The notes beneath the pieces are model-generated. The model worked only from the letters and a program-made list of their open reading frames with translations. It ran no database searches and had not been told where the DNA came from. DNA of 62,734 bases, counting the filler, from Chiloscyllium plagiosum (Eukaryota), in NCBI RefSeq assembly GCF_004010195.1. It is 3 parts of one record of this genome, joined end to end, with 100 filler letters (N's around TTAATTAATTAA, not from the genome) between each part and the next. Parts side by side here need not be neighbours in the genome. Positions count along the whole stretch, not along the records: positions 26,154 to 39,714 come from NC_057714.1; positions 39,815 to 62,734 come from NC_057714.1; 1 more part is not named here. The stretch is one strand, 5' to 3'. Positions 37,550 to 50,730 of the stretch are shown piece after piece. The stretch's first letter is position 1. Each line of letters begins with the position of its first letter. The translations under genes and the position numbers were made by a program.

Positions 37550-37780
37550 ATTGATGCTGGCAGAGTGGAGAAGCTTATTGACCTTCTTCCTACAGCGTTA
37601 GGTATTCTTCTTGACAACTGAGGCTGCACTGACCCAGTGGCACACTCAGACTCAGGTGGTATGGTCTTGTGACATGAGCTCCTCTGCTTATCCTGTGGGA
37701 AGAGAAAGTCTTGCATCCAACAGAACCCCCGGGACTCTGCCACAAAGTGGGCACCAATTTTCACCTGATCTGCCATGTCA
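37550..37780 (-). mobile_element. Harbinger Myb/SANT-like ORF remnant
   Basis: Reverse strand DFLFPQD... and, in another frame, VSAASVVKKNT*RCRKKVNKLLHSA. Confidence 0.55.
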
Positions 37781-38119
37781 GGGATAAATATCAGGAACCA
37801 CACAGGACAGCTCCAGACTGGTGTGGGTACACATTGGGCATTTAAACTTGGCATGGGCACGCGATGGCTTGGCAGGTGTCTGCTGAGTGGTGCATTGTTC
37901 CGAAAACGGTGAGTTGGAGATAGAATTGGATGTGAGAGACCCTGTCGGCGTAGGTTAGGTAATTAACGAGGCTGAGTTTGGTAAGGTATGGCAGGAAATC
38001 TTGCCAGGCTTTGCAGCAAGAATCCCTGGGAATAAATTAGATGCAACTCACACTTCTCCAAAAAGAATGTACAAGGGTTGTGTAAAGGGTTGTAGCTCGG
38101 GAGCCAGTTGTAGTTGTTG

Positions 38120-38625
38120 TGGGTATATTCGCCGAGCTGTGAACTTGGTTTGCAGATGTTTCATCCCCTCTCCAGGTGACACCCTCATGCTGTACTGTGT
38201 CAGTTGGAATTTATTTGGTTTCATTCCCACTGCTTCCGATTGCCATGTTCTGGTTGCACATTGCAGTGGCCGGTATATTGGGTCTAGGTCAATATGTTTA
38301 TTCATGGAGTCCGTGGATGAGTGTCATGCTTCTAGGAATTCTCTGACTGTCCTCTGTTTGGCTTGTTTTATTATAGTTATTTTGTCCCAGTCGAATTTGT
38401 GGTCCTTGTCATTAGTGTGTATAGATACTAGGGATAGATGGCATGATGTTCATGAATTCAGATCGCTAGTTGTCTGCCTGTTTGTGCGATGTGGTGTTTC
38501 GTGCAGTCTCTGCATGGAATCTTGTACGCTGTGTTTGTCATGCACATGATGGGTATTAGGTTGTTTGCACTGGTGAGTTGTTGTCTGACCGTAGCTGTTG
38601 GCTTATGTGCTGTCATAAATCCGAG
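38120..38625 (-). mobile_element. Penelope-like element, GIY-YIG endonuclease remnant plus terminal repeat
   Basis: TAHKPTATVRQQL...NTAYKIPCRDCTKHHIAQTGRQL...IHEH (canonical VVYKIPC..C...YIGQTGR). Confidence 0.85.
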
Positions 38626-38969
38626 TGTAAATGTAAGAAGAATGTAAGATTCAAACCATGATTGTGAACATAATATAAAGGTGTTGACGTTCTGCTTCTG
38701 CATGCAGGGCACTGGTGAGACCACATCTGGAGTACTGTACACAGTACTGGTCCTGACCTTATTAAAGGAAGGATCTAAATTTGTTGGAAACTGTTCACAG
38801 AAGGTTCCCAGACTAATACCTTGAATGAAGTGGTTGTTTTATGAGGAAAGGTTAGACTTGCCAGTTTTGTTTTGCTGGCGTTTAGAACCGTAAGATTGAA
38901 ACATATACGATCCTGAGGGATAGTGCTAGGAGAGGAACATAGGAATAGGAGTAGGCCATCCAGCTCATT

Positions 38970-39190
38970 CAGTCAAGATTAGAATGGTGCTGGAAATGTA
39001 CAGCAGGTCAGGCAGCATCCGAGGAGCAGGAAAATTTACGTTTCGGGCAAAAGCCCTTGCTGATGAAGGGCTTTTGCCTGAGATGTCGATTTTCCTGCTC
39101 CTCAGATGCTGCTCGACCTGCTGTACTTTTCCAGCACCACTCTAATCTTGACTGTAATCTCCAGCATCTGCAGTCCTCACTTTGATCCTT
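38970..39190. mobile_element. Penelope-derived foldback mini-element
   Basis: Inverted arms around CTGATGA-AGGGC-TTTT-GCCT-GAGATGTC. TSD CAGCTCATT (38961-38969, 39191-39199). Confidence 0.8.
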
Positions 39191-39381
39191 CAGCTCATTG
39201 AGCCTACCCTGCCATTTCGTCTAGATATGGCTGAGAGAACACTTTAATTCCTTTTATACATCCCATTCCCAAAACCATGTATGCTGCTGGTAATGAGAAA
39301 TCTGTCAGTCTCTACCTTAAAAATACTCAAAGTCTGAGCCTCTATGACCTTCTGTGGTAGAGAATTCCAAATGTTAACAAT

Positions 39382-39714
39382 CTGCTGTGGTTCTGTTCGC
39401 CGAGCTGAAAGTTTTTGTTGCAAACGTTTTGTCCCCTGTCTAGGTGACATCCTCAGTGCTTGGGACCCTCCTGTGAAGCGCTTCTGTGGTGTTTCCTCCG
39501 GCATTTATAGTGGTCTGTCCCTGCCGCTTCCGGTTGTCAGTTTCAGCTGTCCGCTGTAGTGGCCGGTATATTGGGTCCAGGTCGATGAGTGCCATGCTTC
39601 TAGGAATTCCCTGGCTGTTCTTTGTTTCGCTTGATCTATAATGGTAGTGTTGTCCCAGTCAAATTCATGTTGCTTGTCGTCTGCGTGTGTGGCTACTAAG
39701 GATAGCTGGTCGTG
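39382..39714 (-). mobile_element. Penelope-like element 3' end (same family as 38120-38625)
   Basis: HDQLSLVATHADDKQHEFDWDN..AREFLEAWHS; hammerhead-like CTGAGGA-TGTCACC-TAGACA-GGGGAC-AAAACGTT. Confidence 0.85.
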
Positions 39715-39814
39715 NNNNNNNNNNNNNNNNNNNNNNNNNNNNNNNNNNNNNNNNNNNNTTAATTAATTAANNNNNNNNNNNNNNNNNNNNNNNNNNNNNN
39801 NNNNNNNNNNNNNN
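39715..39814. other. Scaffold gap with artificial spacer
   Basis: 44 N + TTAATTAATTAA (39759-39770) + 44 N. Confidence 0.95.
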
Positions 39815-41204
39815 GTGATCATTCCTTTCTTATTTCTCAGTTCCACCCAAATAACTTCCCTGGATGTATTTCCGGGAATATCCTCCCTCAGCACAGCTGT
39901 AATGCTATCCCTTATCAAAAATGCCACTCCCCCTCCTCTTTTGCCTCCCTTTCTATCCTTCCTGTAGCATTTGTATCCTGGAACATTAAGCTGCCAGTCC
40001 TGCCCATCCCTGAGCCATGTTTCTGTAATTGCTATGATATCCCAGTCCTATGTTCCTAACCATGCCCTGAGTTCATCTGCCTTCCTGTTAGGCTCCTCGC
40101 ATTGAAATAAATGCGGTTTACTTTATTAATTCTATCTTGTCCCTGCCTGCCCTGATTGTTTGACTCACTTCTGTTCTCAGCTGTACCCATCTCAGGTCGA
40201 TCTCTTTCCTCACAATCTCCCTGGGTCCCAACCACCCTAACTTACTAGTTTAAATTCTCCCAAGTAGTTTGAGCAAATTTCCTTACCAGTATATTAGTCT
40301 CCTTCCAATTTAGGTGCAATCCGTCCTTCTTGTACAGGTCACTTCAACCCCAAAAGAGATTCCAATGATCCAAAATAACATACCATTCTGCTTTTTCTCT
40401 GCTGGCCACAGAACTGTCTGTCTGTACCTCATGACTACAGAATTCCCTAACTCAATTGATCTCTTGGAAGCCAACGCACCCCTCGTTGCATTAGAGCCAG
40501 TCTCAATACCAGAAACTTGACTGTTAGTGCTACGTTCCCCTCAGAATCCATCACCCCCTATATTTTCCAAAACAGCATACCTGTTTAAAATGGGTATATC
40601 CACAAAAGACTCCTGCACTAGCTGCCTACCTCTCTTACCCTTCCTGGAGTTAACCCATCTATGTGACTGTATCTGAGACTTTTCCCCCCCTTCCTATAAC
40701 TGCCATCCATCACATACTGTTGCAAATTCCTCATCGCTTCTATCTGTCTCTCCAACCGATCCACTCGATCTGATAAGATTCGCATCCAACAGCATTTATG
40801 GCAGATACAATCAGCAGTAACCCTTAAAATCTGACAAGAAGTACATATCACTGCAAAGGCCACTTTTGCTCCTTCACAATCTACTGACCCAGAAAATAAC
40901 ACCGTCTTATTCCTCTACAAACACTGCCCCAGGTTAAATTAATAGCTATGGCTTATATTTTAAGTTTAATCAAGAGACTTATCTCCAAAAACACATAATC
41001 AAGAAAGAATCCACTATACTGACTACTGCAGCCTTTCTGTTAGACCGACTTAAAACAACAATTAACTTATCTGATTCTGTGTTGTGAACTTCGCCCAACA
41101 TTTCCTCCAAGATTAGTTGTGAATTTCTCTTTGTTAATTTTCCCAGATACACTCCAATGTCCAGCGATACACAAATTCAAACAGCAAAGGCAGTAACTGT
41201 GCAG

Positions 41205-41261
<57 letters not shown>

Positions 41262-41330
41262 TGCACTATCCTCACCATGTGCTTCCTTTGTCTGCTCTTC
41301 TCCCTTTTAAGCTGCTGTTTTGACTTTTTC
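39815..41330 (-). mobile_element. CR1 LINE 5' part: 5'UTR, degenerate ORF1 and start of ORF2 endonuclease
   Basis: CTSCQI..CICHKCC + coiled coil DRVDRLERQIEAMRNLQQ; ORF1 largely deleted in the esterase region; endonuclease IIAITETWL..DWQLNVPGY..RGGGVA. Confidence 0.85.
41206..41257. repeat. (CT)n microsatellite
   Basis: About 25 CT units; the paralogous copy at ~279-296 has only about 9. Confidence 0.95.
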
Positions 41331-42674
41331 TGTCACCAAGCTCAGGCTTTATGCCAGAGTAATATTACTGCAGCAACTAACTCTGCCTGTCTGCTTTGAG
41401 ATTTGTCATAACAATCATGAATAATATAAACTCAAAGTATACAAAATAAAAACATAGCATTTGACTTTGTGAGAACTAGGCTATGTCTATGCCCCAGTTT
41501 AATTTCCCTCAATAATATTATTTGACCAATTATTACACCTCTAGATATCCAAAATAAGATTTTAAAATGCAGAATCACTTATTTTTGCATTCATGGGATT
41601 AATTTAAACATCGTCTGCTCTGGGAAATTCAGTCTCATAGAGCTGAGAATGGGTGACAGATGAGGATGTATTGGTCAATAGTACTGAACAACGTGAAAAA
41701 TCCAATGATAAACCATATCTACCACAGTCACGTAGAACTAAGATCGTTTGTGATATTGGCCAATATGCTCTTGTTGACTTTTGCCACACTGCAGGAATTC
41801 ACATAGAAATTCCAAGAGAGTTGTAAGGTAGTGGCATGTTTGACAACCTTAGAAACTTTAAAATTGGGCTAGTTTTGATAGTATCAAACATTGTATGACA
41901 TTTGCATGTCAGAAAATGTAATGAATTAGAAGGGGCAGTTGAAGATGGAGGAATTAGATTTTTCATGAAATCAACATTCTAAGTGGAGAGGTGAAACAGA
42001 AACCACAGTATTAATAAGGATTTCAAATGGGGTGAGAAGTAACTGGCACAGCGATGTTGAGTAGTGCCAGCATTTTAGATGTTTGAATCCCATATACTTC
42101 TTGCATTCGATTGAAGTGAGCGCAGATGAGCAGTGGAATAAAGATATGATTTGTGATGGGCAAAGGCTGAGGGTTGTCATGTCTTCCAAGATGACCTTGT
42201 AATTTTTTTTTTTCCTTATTCTTTCATGGAATATGGGTGTCACTGATGAGATAGTTAAGAGTCAACCACATTGCTGTTGGTCTGGAGTCACATGTAGGCC
42301 AAAGCAGTTGGGGATAGCGGATTTTCTGATCTAAATTACATTAGCGAACCAGGTAGGTTTTTATGACAATCATTTTCGCTAAGAATAGCTTTCAATTCTA
42401 GATTTTTATTAGTTGCATTTGAATTCCACCAGCTGTTATGAAATTTATCTGAGAGTCTCCAGACCATGAGCACGTGTCTCTGGATTACTCTGACATTATC
42501 ACTCTGCCACCATCTTCATGAAGTATGAATATTTGGCTGAGGAGATTGGGATAGATGTTCAATCAGCATTGTGCTATGTTCCCAATTGTGACTGATTTGC
42601 TTAAACAGAAAGAAAATTAAATATGGGGTCATAAATATTAAACATTATCCTGTATCTGTCAACAACAAGATATT

Positions 42675-42885
42675 AGGAGAAAATGAGGACTGCAGACACT
42701 GGAGATCAGAGTCGAAGGTAATAGTGATGGAAAAGCACAGCTGATCAGGCAGCATCTGAGGAGCAGGAGAGTTGACGTTTCGAGCATAGCAACAGATGAA
42801 GACCTTCTGCTCGAAGCGTTGACGCTCCTGCTCCTTGGATGCTGCCTGACTGGCTGTGCTTTTCCAGCACCACACTTTTCGACAT
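42675..42885. mobile_element. Penelope-derived foldback mini-element (diverged)
   Basis: gaaaagcacagc..gcagcatc / gatgctgcc..gctgtgcttttcc inverted arms. Confidence 0.75.
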
Positions 42886-43123
42886 CAGTAAGATACTAAA
42901 TGGTATGGGTATATCACAACCCCCCCCAATTGATATGGCCAAGCAGGTGGAACATTGAAACGTACTGATCCCTCTCCTGCTCCTTGGATGCTGCCTGACT
43001 GGCTGTGCTTTTCCAGCACCACACTTTTCGACATCAGTAAGATGCTAAATGGTATGGGTATATCACAACCCCCCCCCAATTGATATGGCCAAGCAGGTGG
43101 AACATTGAAACGTACTGATCCCT
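42825..43123. repeat. Tandem duplication, ~149-bp unit x2
   Basis: 42825-42973 and 42974-43123 differ by one A/G substitution and one C in a homopolymer. Confidence 0.9.
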
Positions 43124-43194
43124 TTTTCTTTAAATTACATTTTTGCAATATATTTGTTGAAAAAATGATTTATAAATCATATCATTGGAACCTA

Positions 43195-43353
43195 GGAGAA
43201 AGTGAGGACTGCAGATGCTGAAGATCAGAGCTGAAAAATGTGTTGCTGGAAAAGCGCAGCAGGTCAGGCAGCATCTAAGAAGCAGGAGAATCAACGTTTC
43301 AGGCATAAGCTGAATGCTGCCTGACCTGCTGCGCTTTTCCAGCAACACATTTT
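43195..43353. mobile_element. Penelope-derived foldback mini-element
   Basis: Perfect 18-bp TSD TCATATCATTGGAACCTA (43177-43194, 43354-43371); inverted arms with the central hammerhead partly deleted. Confidence 0.85.
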
Positions 43354-43456
43354 TCATATCATTGGAACCTACCTGATACACTTATCCTGAAAAATATGCT
43401 TAAGGTGCTGTGACTTCAGAATTAATAGTTGGGATTTTAATTCACTTAAAATTAGA

Positions 43457-43772
43457 GCGGCATGGTGGCTCAGTGGTTAGCACTGCTGCCTCACAGCACC
43501 AGGATCCCGGGTTCAATTCCAACCTCGAATGACTGTGTGAGTTTGCACATTCTCTCTGTGTCTGCGTGAGTTTCCTTTGGGTGCTCTGGTTTCCTCCCAC
43601 AGTCACAAAGATGTGCAGGTTAGGTGAATTGGCCATGCTTAAATTGTCAATTAGGTGCATTAGTCAGAGGGAAAAGGGATTTGGGTGGGTTACTCTTCGG
43701 AGTTTCGGTGTGGACCTGTTGGGCCGAAGGGCCAGTTTCCACACTGTAGAGAATCTAATCTAATCTAATCTA
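43457..43772 (+). mobile_element. HE1-like SINE
   Basis: tRNA head, V-domain, (aatct)n tail. Confidence 0.9.
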
Positions 43773-44579
43773 TTCAAAATTCCTTCACTCGCATCATTAA
43801 AATCTGACCCAAAGTGATAAGGCAAGCTAGCCTTGGGCAGACTGTACTATATGTTTCTAACAAATTATTTCAAAATGTTAATTTGCTTTAATAGTCTTTT
43901 TTTGCAGATTATAACAATACATAAGTATTTTAGACTAAACTGTATTCAAGTAAGAGAGCCTTTTATGCGTTCTGTCCTTGAATAATAAGACACAACACAA
44001 CACCATAATCTGTTAGGACAGATACTGAATACAGATTAGGGTGTGGTCCACATATTCTCAATGTTAAATTAAAAGGTAAATTAATCAGCTGCCTGCCTCC
44101 TCCCACCACTACCATCACCTTAAAAAATTTGTTTTAAGGCAGCATTGAGGGAGGTAGAGGACTACATTTGAGTGCTCCCTAGTTTTTATCAGGAATGGTG
44201 ATCTTGGGGGGGATAAAAAAAAGAGTTGCATAAAAAATAAACACAACAAAATAAATACAGAAAAATGAGAAGCAATATAACATTCAAGGGTGACTTTATT
44301 TCAATGTTACTTCGAATTGAACTTGAGCTCTTATTAAATGTTCAATCACAGTTTAAAATGGAACAAGTTACTGCAGTTTGTAATTAAACATTATCGTCCA
44401 AAGTATGCATTCTGTCCACCAGAAAACTTCGTGCAAAGATTTGAAATGTAATCTTTTACAATGACTACTTGCTTATCTCTTTTAAAATAATGTTTCTGTG
44501 CATCCTTACTGTTTACAGTGAAATCAAGTGTATTTTCTTTGCAGAGTTGTGGATAAGTTGTGGTTAAAAGCTGTCAGAT

Positions 44580-45562
44580 ATGTTGCTGCAAAGCAACAAG
44601 CTGTTCATGAAGGTTTTCTGGTATCAGCTATTGACTCTCAAGAATACAAGACCAGAATTGAATACACGATGTTTCACAAGCACTAACCATCCAAAACGTC
44701 GAAGGCGAGTTGTGATTACTGGGGTTGGCCTAGTGTCTCCACTTGGAGTTGGCACTCAACTAACGTGGAGCCGCATCCTGAAAGGAGAGAGTGGTATTAT
44801 TTCTTTGGATAAGTCACAATATAAAGACTTGCCTTGCACTATAGCTGCTTGTGTGCCTCGTGGTGACAGGGAGGGAGAGTTCAATGAAGAAATGTTTGTT
44901 TCAAAATCTGAAGGAAAGTCTATGTCAACTGCTACAGTAATGGCAATAGGAGCAGCAAGTCTTGCACTTGAAGATTCTGACTGGTATCCTCGGTCTGAAC
45001 AGGACCAGCTCAACACTGGAGTTGCTGTTGGTATGGGTATGGTCCCGCTTGATGAAATTAGCAATACAGCTGTGACATTAGCAACCAAAGGTTATAAAAG
45101 AGTGAGTCCCTTTTTTGTTCCCAGGATTCTTCCCAACATGGCAGCTGGACATATCAGTATTAAATATAAACTTAAAGGTCCAAATCATGCAGTATCGACT
45201 GCATGTACCACAGGAACTCATGCTATTGGGGATGCTTCAAGATTAATTCTCCACGGGGATGCAGATGTGATGCTAGCTGGTGGAACCGAGGCCTGCATTA
45301 ACCCATTATCTATCACAGGCTTTGCAAGAGCACATGCTCTCTGCACCAGCTTCAATGCTACCCCCAAATTGGCTTCACGTCCATTCCACCCTGATAGAGA
45401 GGGTTTTGTAATGGGAGAGGGGGCATCAGTGCTGCTACTGGAGGAGTATACACATGCTACAATGAGAGGAGCACGAATCTATGCAGAGATACTTGGTTAC
45501 GGACTCTCCGGGGATGCCAATCATATAACCTCTCCCAGCCATGGAGGAGATGGAGCAAGCAG
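44580..45562 (+). CDS. OXSM: Mitochondrial 3-oxoacyl-ACP synthase (FabF-type KAS), first coding exon
   Basis: ATG at 44580 follows the acceptor ttttctttgcAG (44543-44544), so the exon starts at 44545 with 35 nt of 5'UTR. Basic presequence-like N-terminus, then [30 protein letters not shown], catalytic Cys in [31 protein letters not shown]. Donor AG|GTAAAT at 45562/45563. Confidence 0.97.
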
Positions 45563-47163
45563 GTAAATTTTAATGTTCTGATGAAGAATATGGACACATC
45601 AGGATCAGAATTGGAGGTACTAAACTGCAGGTTTGGAAACTGAAGATTTTAAATATTCTAAATTCCTCAAAAATTGATGTTTAGATCATATGGCTATAAA
45701 ATCAAAAAGATTGATTTATGGAATCAATAGAATTAAGGAAATTGATTCTCATAAAACTGGTAAATATTCCTGAATTCATTTAACCAAAAAAAAACTCAAA
45801 AAAAAGTTCCTTTCAATTAGCAAATTAAAATATTGGGTGTAAATTTCTGAGCAGATTCTTCTGCTTCCATGGATGTCCCCAGACTCGATCATTAAGTATG
45901 ATGAAGACCAAGATCAATAGATTTCTAGTAATTTATGACATCAAAAGATATGTGGCAAAATCGCATTGAGGCAGCTGATCAGTCATTATCTAGTTGAATG
46001 GCGAAACAAGCTTGAGACTTACCCTGCTCCTATTTCCAGCGCTAAAATATTTCTGTGATACCACACTGGCCAAAGAAAATTATATAATTGCTAATAAACA
46101 AATAAATTATAAAATTGCACTGCGTTTCCATGGCTGTTGTGCTAGAATTACAGAGGAGGATTGGGAGGACATAATGGAAAATCCCCCCCCCCCCCCCCCC
46201 CCCCTCCACCAACCCTGCTCCCAGTCCTTTAAATGTTTGTAGAACAAACTTCATGTACTTAAATGTAGTCTTCTAGGATAATTTCAGAAGCTTGAATTAT
46301 TAGGAAAGACTGGAGAAACCTGGAACTTTCAGCTTGAAATTTTATAGAAGTCTACAATATCGAAACTTCAACCTAGTTTGTGATATGAAGGCAAGTGAAT
46401 CCAAGTTCAAAGTTGTAAAGAGGAATGTTGGCAGAGAGAAAAAAAACTCTGGATTGGGCAGTGGCATGGAGTGGGGGTGGTAGTGGTAACAGTTGGTACC
46501 CATAACAGCTAACTGTAGGATCTTTCCAGGCAGACAAATTAAGATGTTACTTTGTCTTGCTAGCTGATGTGAATTTTGGTGTACCTTCCATTTTCATGCA
46601 GCAAAATGTCTGAAGACACTAGAAGGAAAGCAGAAAATTTAGGTGTGAATTATGGCATGATCATAGAAGTAAATTGTAAGGATGCAGTCGAAGGTGGGGA
46701 AAGATGTAGCTGATTAGAAGTAAGTTTATAAAGGCAATTCCAGCAGAATAGGAGATGACAGTTCTCTTATCTATATCAATGAGAAACTGGAATATATTGA
46801 GTCATTTGTAACTTGATGTGAGAAAGCACAGCAATAAAAAAGCATGTTAGAGAGGTAGAGTTGTGTGTAATCAGTGAACATATGGCAAATGTTCATTAAC
46901 TGTGATGATGGTTTCTGCTTATGGTCCTGTTCAGACTTTTAGCAGGTTTTCAAGACTGGCATATGACCTACTGGTTTTCTTTTAACCATTAGCTAGGCTC
47001 CATTAGTTATATATGGCATGGATGTTCTATTTATTACCTTGATGTTCCAACATGGTGTGATGCTATATATGTGAACACTGTACTATGTGAAACATCCATG
47101 GTTCCCCTTACTCCTGGTCTGAGGATAGAGAAGGAAGTTGGCAGCAGAGAAAGTCTATGGATC

Positions 47164-47484
47164 GGCGCAGTGGCCCAGTGGTTAGCACTGCTGTCTCACA
47201 GCGCCAGGGACCCGGGTTCAATTCCAGCCTCGGTTGACTTTCTTGTGGAGTTTACACATTCTCCCTATGTCTGCGTGGGTTTTCTCCAGGTGCTCTGGTT
47301 TCATCCCACAGTCTGAAGATGTGTGGTTAAGGTAGATTGGCCATGCTAAATTGCCCGTAACATTAGGTGCATTAGTCAGGGGTAAATATAGAAATGAATC
47401 TGGAAGGGTTATTCTTCAGAGAGTCGGTGTGGACTTGTTGGGCCGAAGGGCCTGTTTCCACAATGTAGGGAATCTAATCTAATC
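47164..47484 (+). mobile_element. HE1-like SINE (OXSM intron)
   Basis: tRNA head, V-domain, (aatct)n tail. Confidence 0.9.
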
Positions 47485-49284
47485 CTTCCTTGAAGCTGGA
47501 GTGCCACTCTGGATTCTCTGAGTTCAGCTAATAGAAAAAAAAACTTAACAATCTCTTACGCCAGTTTTGCTACTAGACCAGGTGTCCTCTAAGTTGCAGT
47601 AAAAATAAATATCAATACTGCAAGAAGCGGTGATTTCTACTTTATGATTAATCACTGATCTGCTTGTGACAGTATTGTGACCCAGGGCTCGTGAGCAAAC
47701 TTAACTAGCTTTGATCCTTTCTACATTTTCCACATGCTGAGGGTTAAAATTGACCTCAATGATTTAATTAATTCAAATGAGGTGCTATGACTATGAAGAG
47801 CTTGACATTGTCATTATGAAATAAACAACCTGTTCAGACTGCCCTAATGTAGAAGCACACAGGCTGCTGTCAAGTTCACACACTAATTATGCATATCCAT
47901 CTGCTTAAATCTGTTGCCAGCCCAACGTAGCAAGCAGAATTTTTAACTACCCAGTGAGTGGTTACATATCAGGACAAATATTGCCATTCTAGCCAGCTTG
48001 AAAATCCTGCGACAGTGCAAGCCTCTTCTCTCTGGAACAGATGATCTGGCAGAGGTACAACACCGGCATGATGATGATAAATCTGAAACATTCCAGGATT
48101 TCTGTTTACAATCTCTCATTCTCAGCATCTGCAGTATTTTTCTTTGGTACTGTGCTAGATCGTTCATGCAAAGTTCCCTGAGTATAACTCATTACTTGAG
48201 TTTGAAGGGCAAGTCAGGGAATCAGCATGCAGCGGACATAACTGCTGAGATGCCATGTTTCATTTATTTCCTCAGACTTCCCTCCCCCTGTAATTAAGAC
48301 AGCCAGCTCCATGTAGCAACTGACGCTGTGCTGACTACAAATTTTCATATTAGTCAGCACAGCCTTCTCCTTAAAAAAACAGATGTTGTCAGTATAATGA
48401 TATAACATGAAATGCATCCCACAGACTGGCCAATATTTCATTTGGTGTACAGTGCACAACAGAGACTGTGCGCCCAATATCTTCATTTTCATTTCAGTAA
48501 TCACAGTTTGATTTAGCTAAATAATTGGGATCTAAGAAAACAGTGAGAAGATTTGGTTCTGAATTCATATTATATTTCTTTGTCTGGTATTTTAGAGGGC
48601 AGTATCTATTGTATTGTGATACTAATTGCATCAGGTAAAGGAATTCAAGCACATTAAGCATTCATATGCTTAACTTTACACATTATGAATTCAAGATCTT
48701 TGAACACGATGAATGTAATTTACACACACAGAGGACAGGGCCACAGAAGGTGTTCGGAATTTCCATGCTGGCTCTTGATCTTGTTTACTCATGCAGGGGA
48801 TGTGAGCATCATCGGCATGGTCACCATTTATTGCCGATCCCAAATTACTCTTGTGAATTACAGTGGTGTGTTCCTTGCTTGAACCACTGCAATTTATGTG
48901 CTCCAAGTACGCCTTCAGTTTTTGTAGGTAGGGATCTTGATCCAGTAATGATGAAGGAATGGCAATCTATTTCCAACTAAAGGTCGTTTACCACTTGGAG
49001 GGGAACTGAGAAGTAGCGGTGTTTCCATTCACCTGCTGCCCTTGTACTTCTAAATAGTGGAGACAATAGGTTATTGAGATGTTGTATGAGAAACCTTGGT
49101 AAGTTACTGCAGTTTACCTTCTAGATCATACACATGGCTGCCACTTTGTAGCATTGGTGAAGGTGATGAATATTTAAGGTGGTGAATGGATTTTAACCAA
49201 GCGAGCTGCTATTATGGTCCGATGGATGATAATGAGCTTCTTGAGTGCCGTTGGTGTCACAGTCATCCATGAGAGTATTCCTTC

Positions 49285-50730
49285 ATGGTCCTTGTATGCT
49301 CTTTCCATATCTAGCCTGTCGGGTCCCCAAAGAATCTTGTATGTCTCAATAAGATCACCTCTCTCTCTTCTAAATCCCAGTGAGTACTGGTCTAACCTAC
49401 TCAACCTATTCTTGTAAGACAGTCCCTCCAAACCCTGTATCAGCCCCGTGAACTTTCTCTAGACTGCCTCAAATGCCAGCATATCTTTGCTTAGATTAAG
49501 GGCCCAGGACTGTTCACAATATTCCAGCTGTGGTCTGACTAGAGCCTTGTATAGTTTTAACAATACCCCCCAACTTTTAAACTCCACTTCCTTAAAATTA
49601 AGGGCCAACACTTTATTTATTTTCCATATTAACTGCTGAATATCCAGCTCCTCTATTCTTCCTGCCAAAGTGCATAACCTCACATTTTTTCCACAATATA
49701 TTCCATCTGTCATATTTTTGCCCACTTGCTTAATCCCTCTGCAAACTCAGTCACCCTGAGCACTTGTGTTTCCATGTATTTTGATGTCATCCACACTTTT
49801 GGCTATAGTGCATTCACTTTCCTGATGCATGTCATCAATATATATTGTAAATAATTGTGGTCCCAGCACTGATCCATGAGGCATTCCACGAGTTAGAAGT
49901 TGTCTTGCTGAAAATGACCCCCTTTTATCCCAACTCCGTGTTCTGTTAGTTAACCTGTCCTCTATCCATTGTAATACATTACCTCCAATACCTTGGGCTC
50001 TTAATAAGTAGCTTAAAATGCCTTCTGAAATTCCAATATATTACACCCAGAGATTCCCTTTTATTTATCCTGCCATTAATGTCTCTCTAACCTTGTTCTT
50101 TCAGGGGCCTACATTCACTTTGGCTCCTCTCTTCCTCTTTATAAATTTAAAGAAGCACTTGTTTTCCATCTTAATATTACTGAAAGTTTATCCTCAAGTT
50201 TACCTTCTCCCTCTTGAATAATTTTTTCATTGTCTTTTGCTGGTTTTCAAAACCTCCCCAATCCTTTGACTTATCACTAATCTTTGTACATTTTGTATTT
50301 TCTTTCCATTTAATACTAGCACAAACTTCCCTGATTAGCCCTTCGTCGCCAGGATATGTCTTTGCTGTAAGCCCCAAACTATTTTTTTAAACGTCTGCCA
50401 TTGTTCTTCAACTACCTTTGCTACTAAATTCCTTTCCAAGTCCACATCCAAGCAGCTCTGCTCTCATTCCTTTATAATGACTTTTATTTAAGCTTAGCAG
50501 GGTTATTTCTGACCCAAGTTCCTCCATCTCAAACTGAATGGTAATTCCTATCGTGGCAGGGTCACAGTTTTCTAAGAAATCTTTCACTCTGACATTATTT
50601 ATTAAAACTGTCTCATTATACATCACCAGGTCTAAAGTAACCTGTTCCATGGTTAAATCCACAGCTTATCATTTTAGGAGACTGTCCTGACTATACTCTA
50701 TGAATTCTTCCTTGTGACTACCTCTGCCAA
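49285..50730 (-). mobile_element. Degenerate CR1 LINE ORF2 (OXSM intron)
   Basis: LKLYKALVRPQLEYC, RGDLIETYKIL, and an endonuclease remnant LDLVMYN. Confidence 0.8.

Noticed and set aside
46183..46204. 22-nt poly-C run (potential G-quadruplex on the - strand)
   Set aside because: A simple homopolymer with no supporting context, and its length is unreliable.
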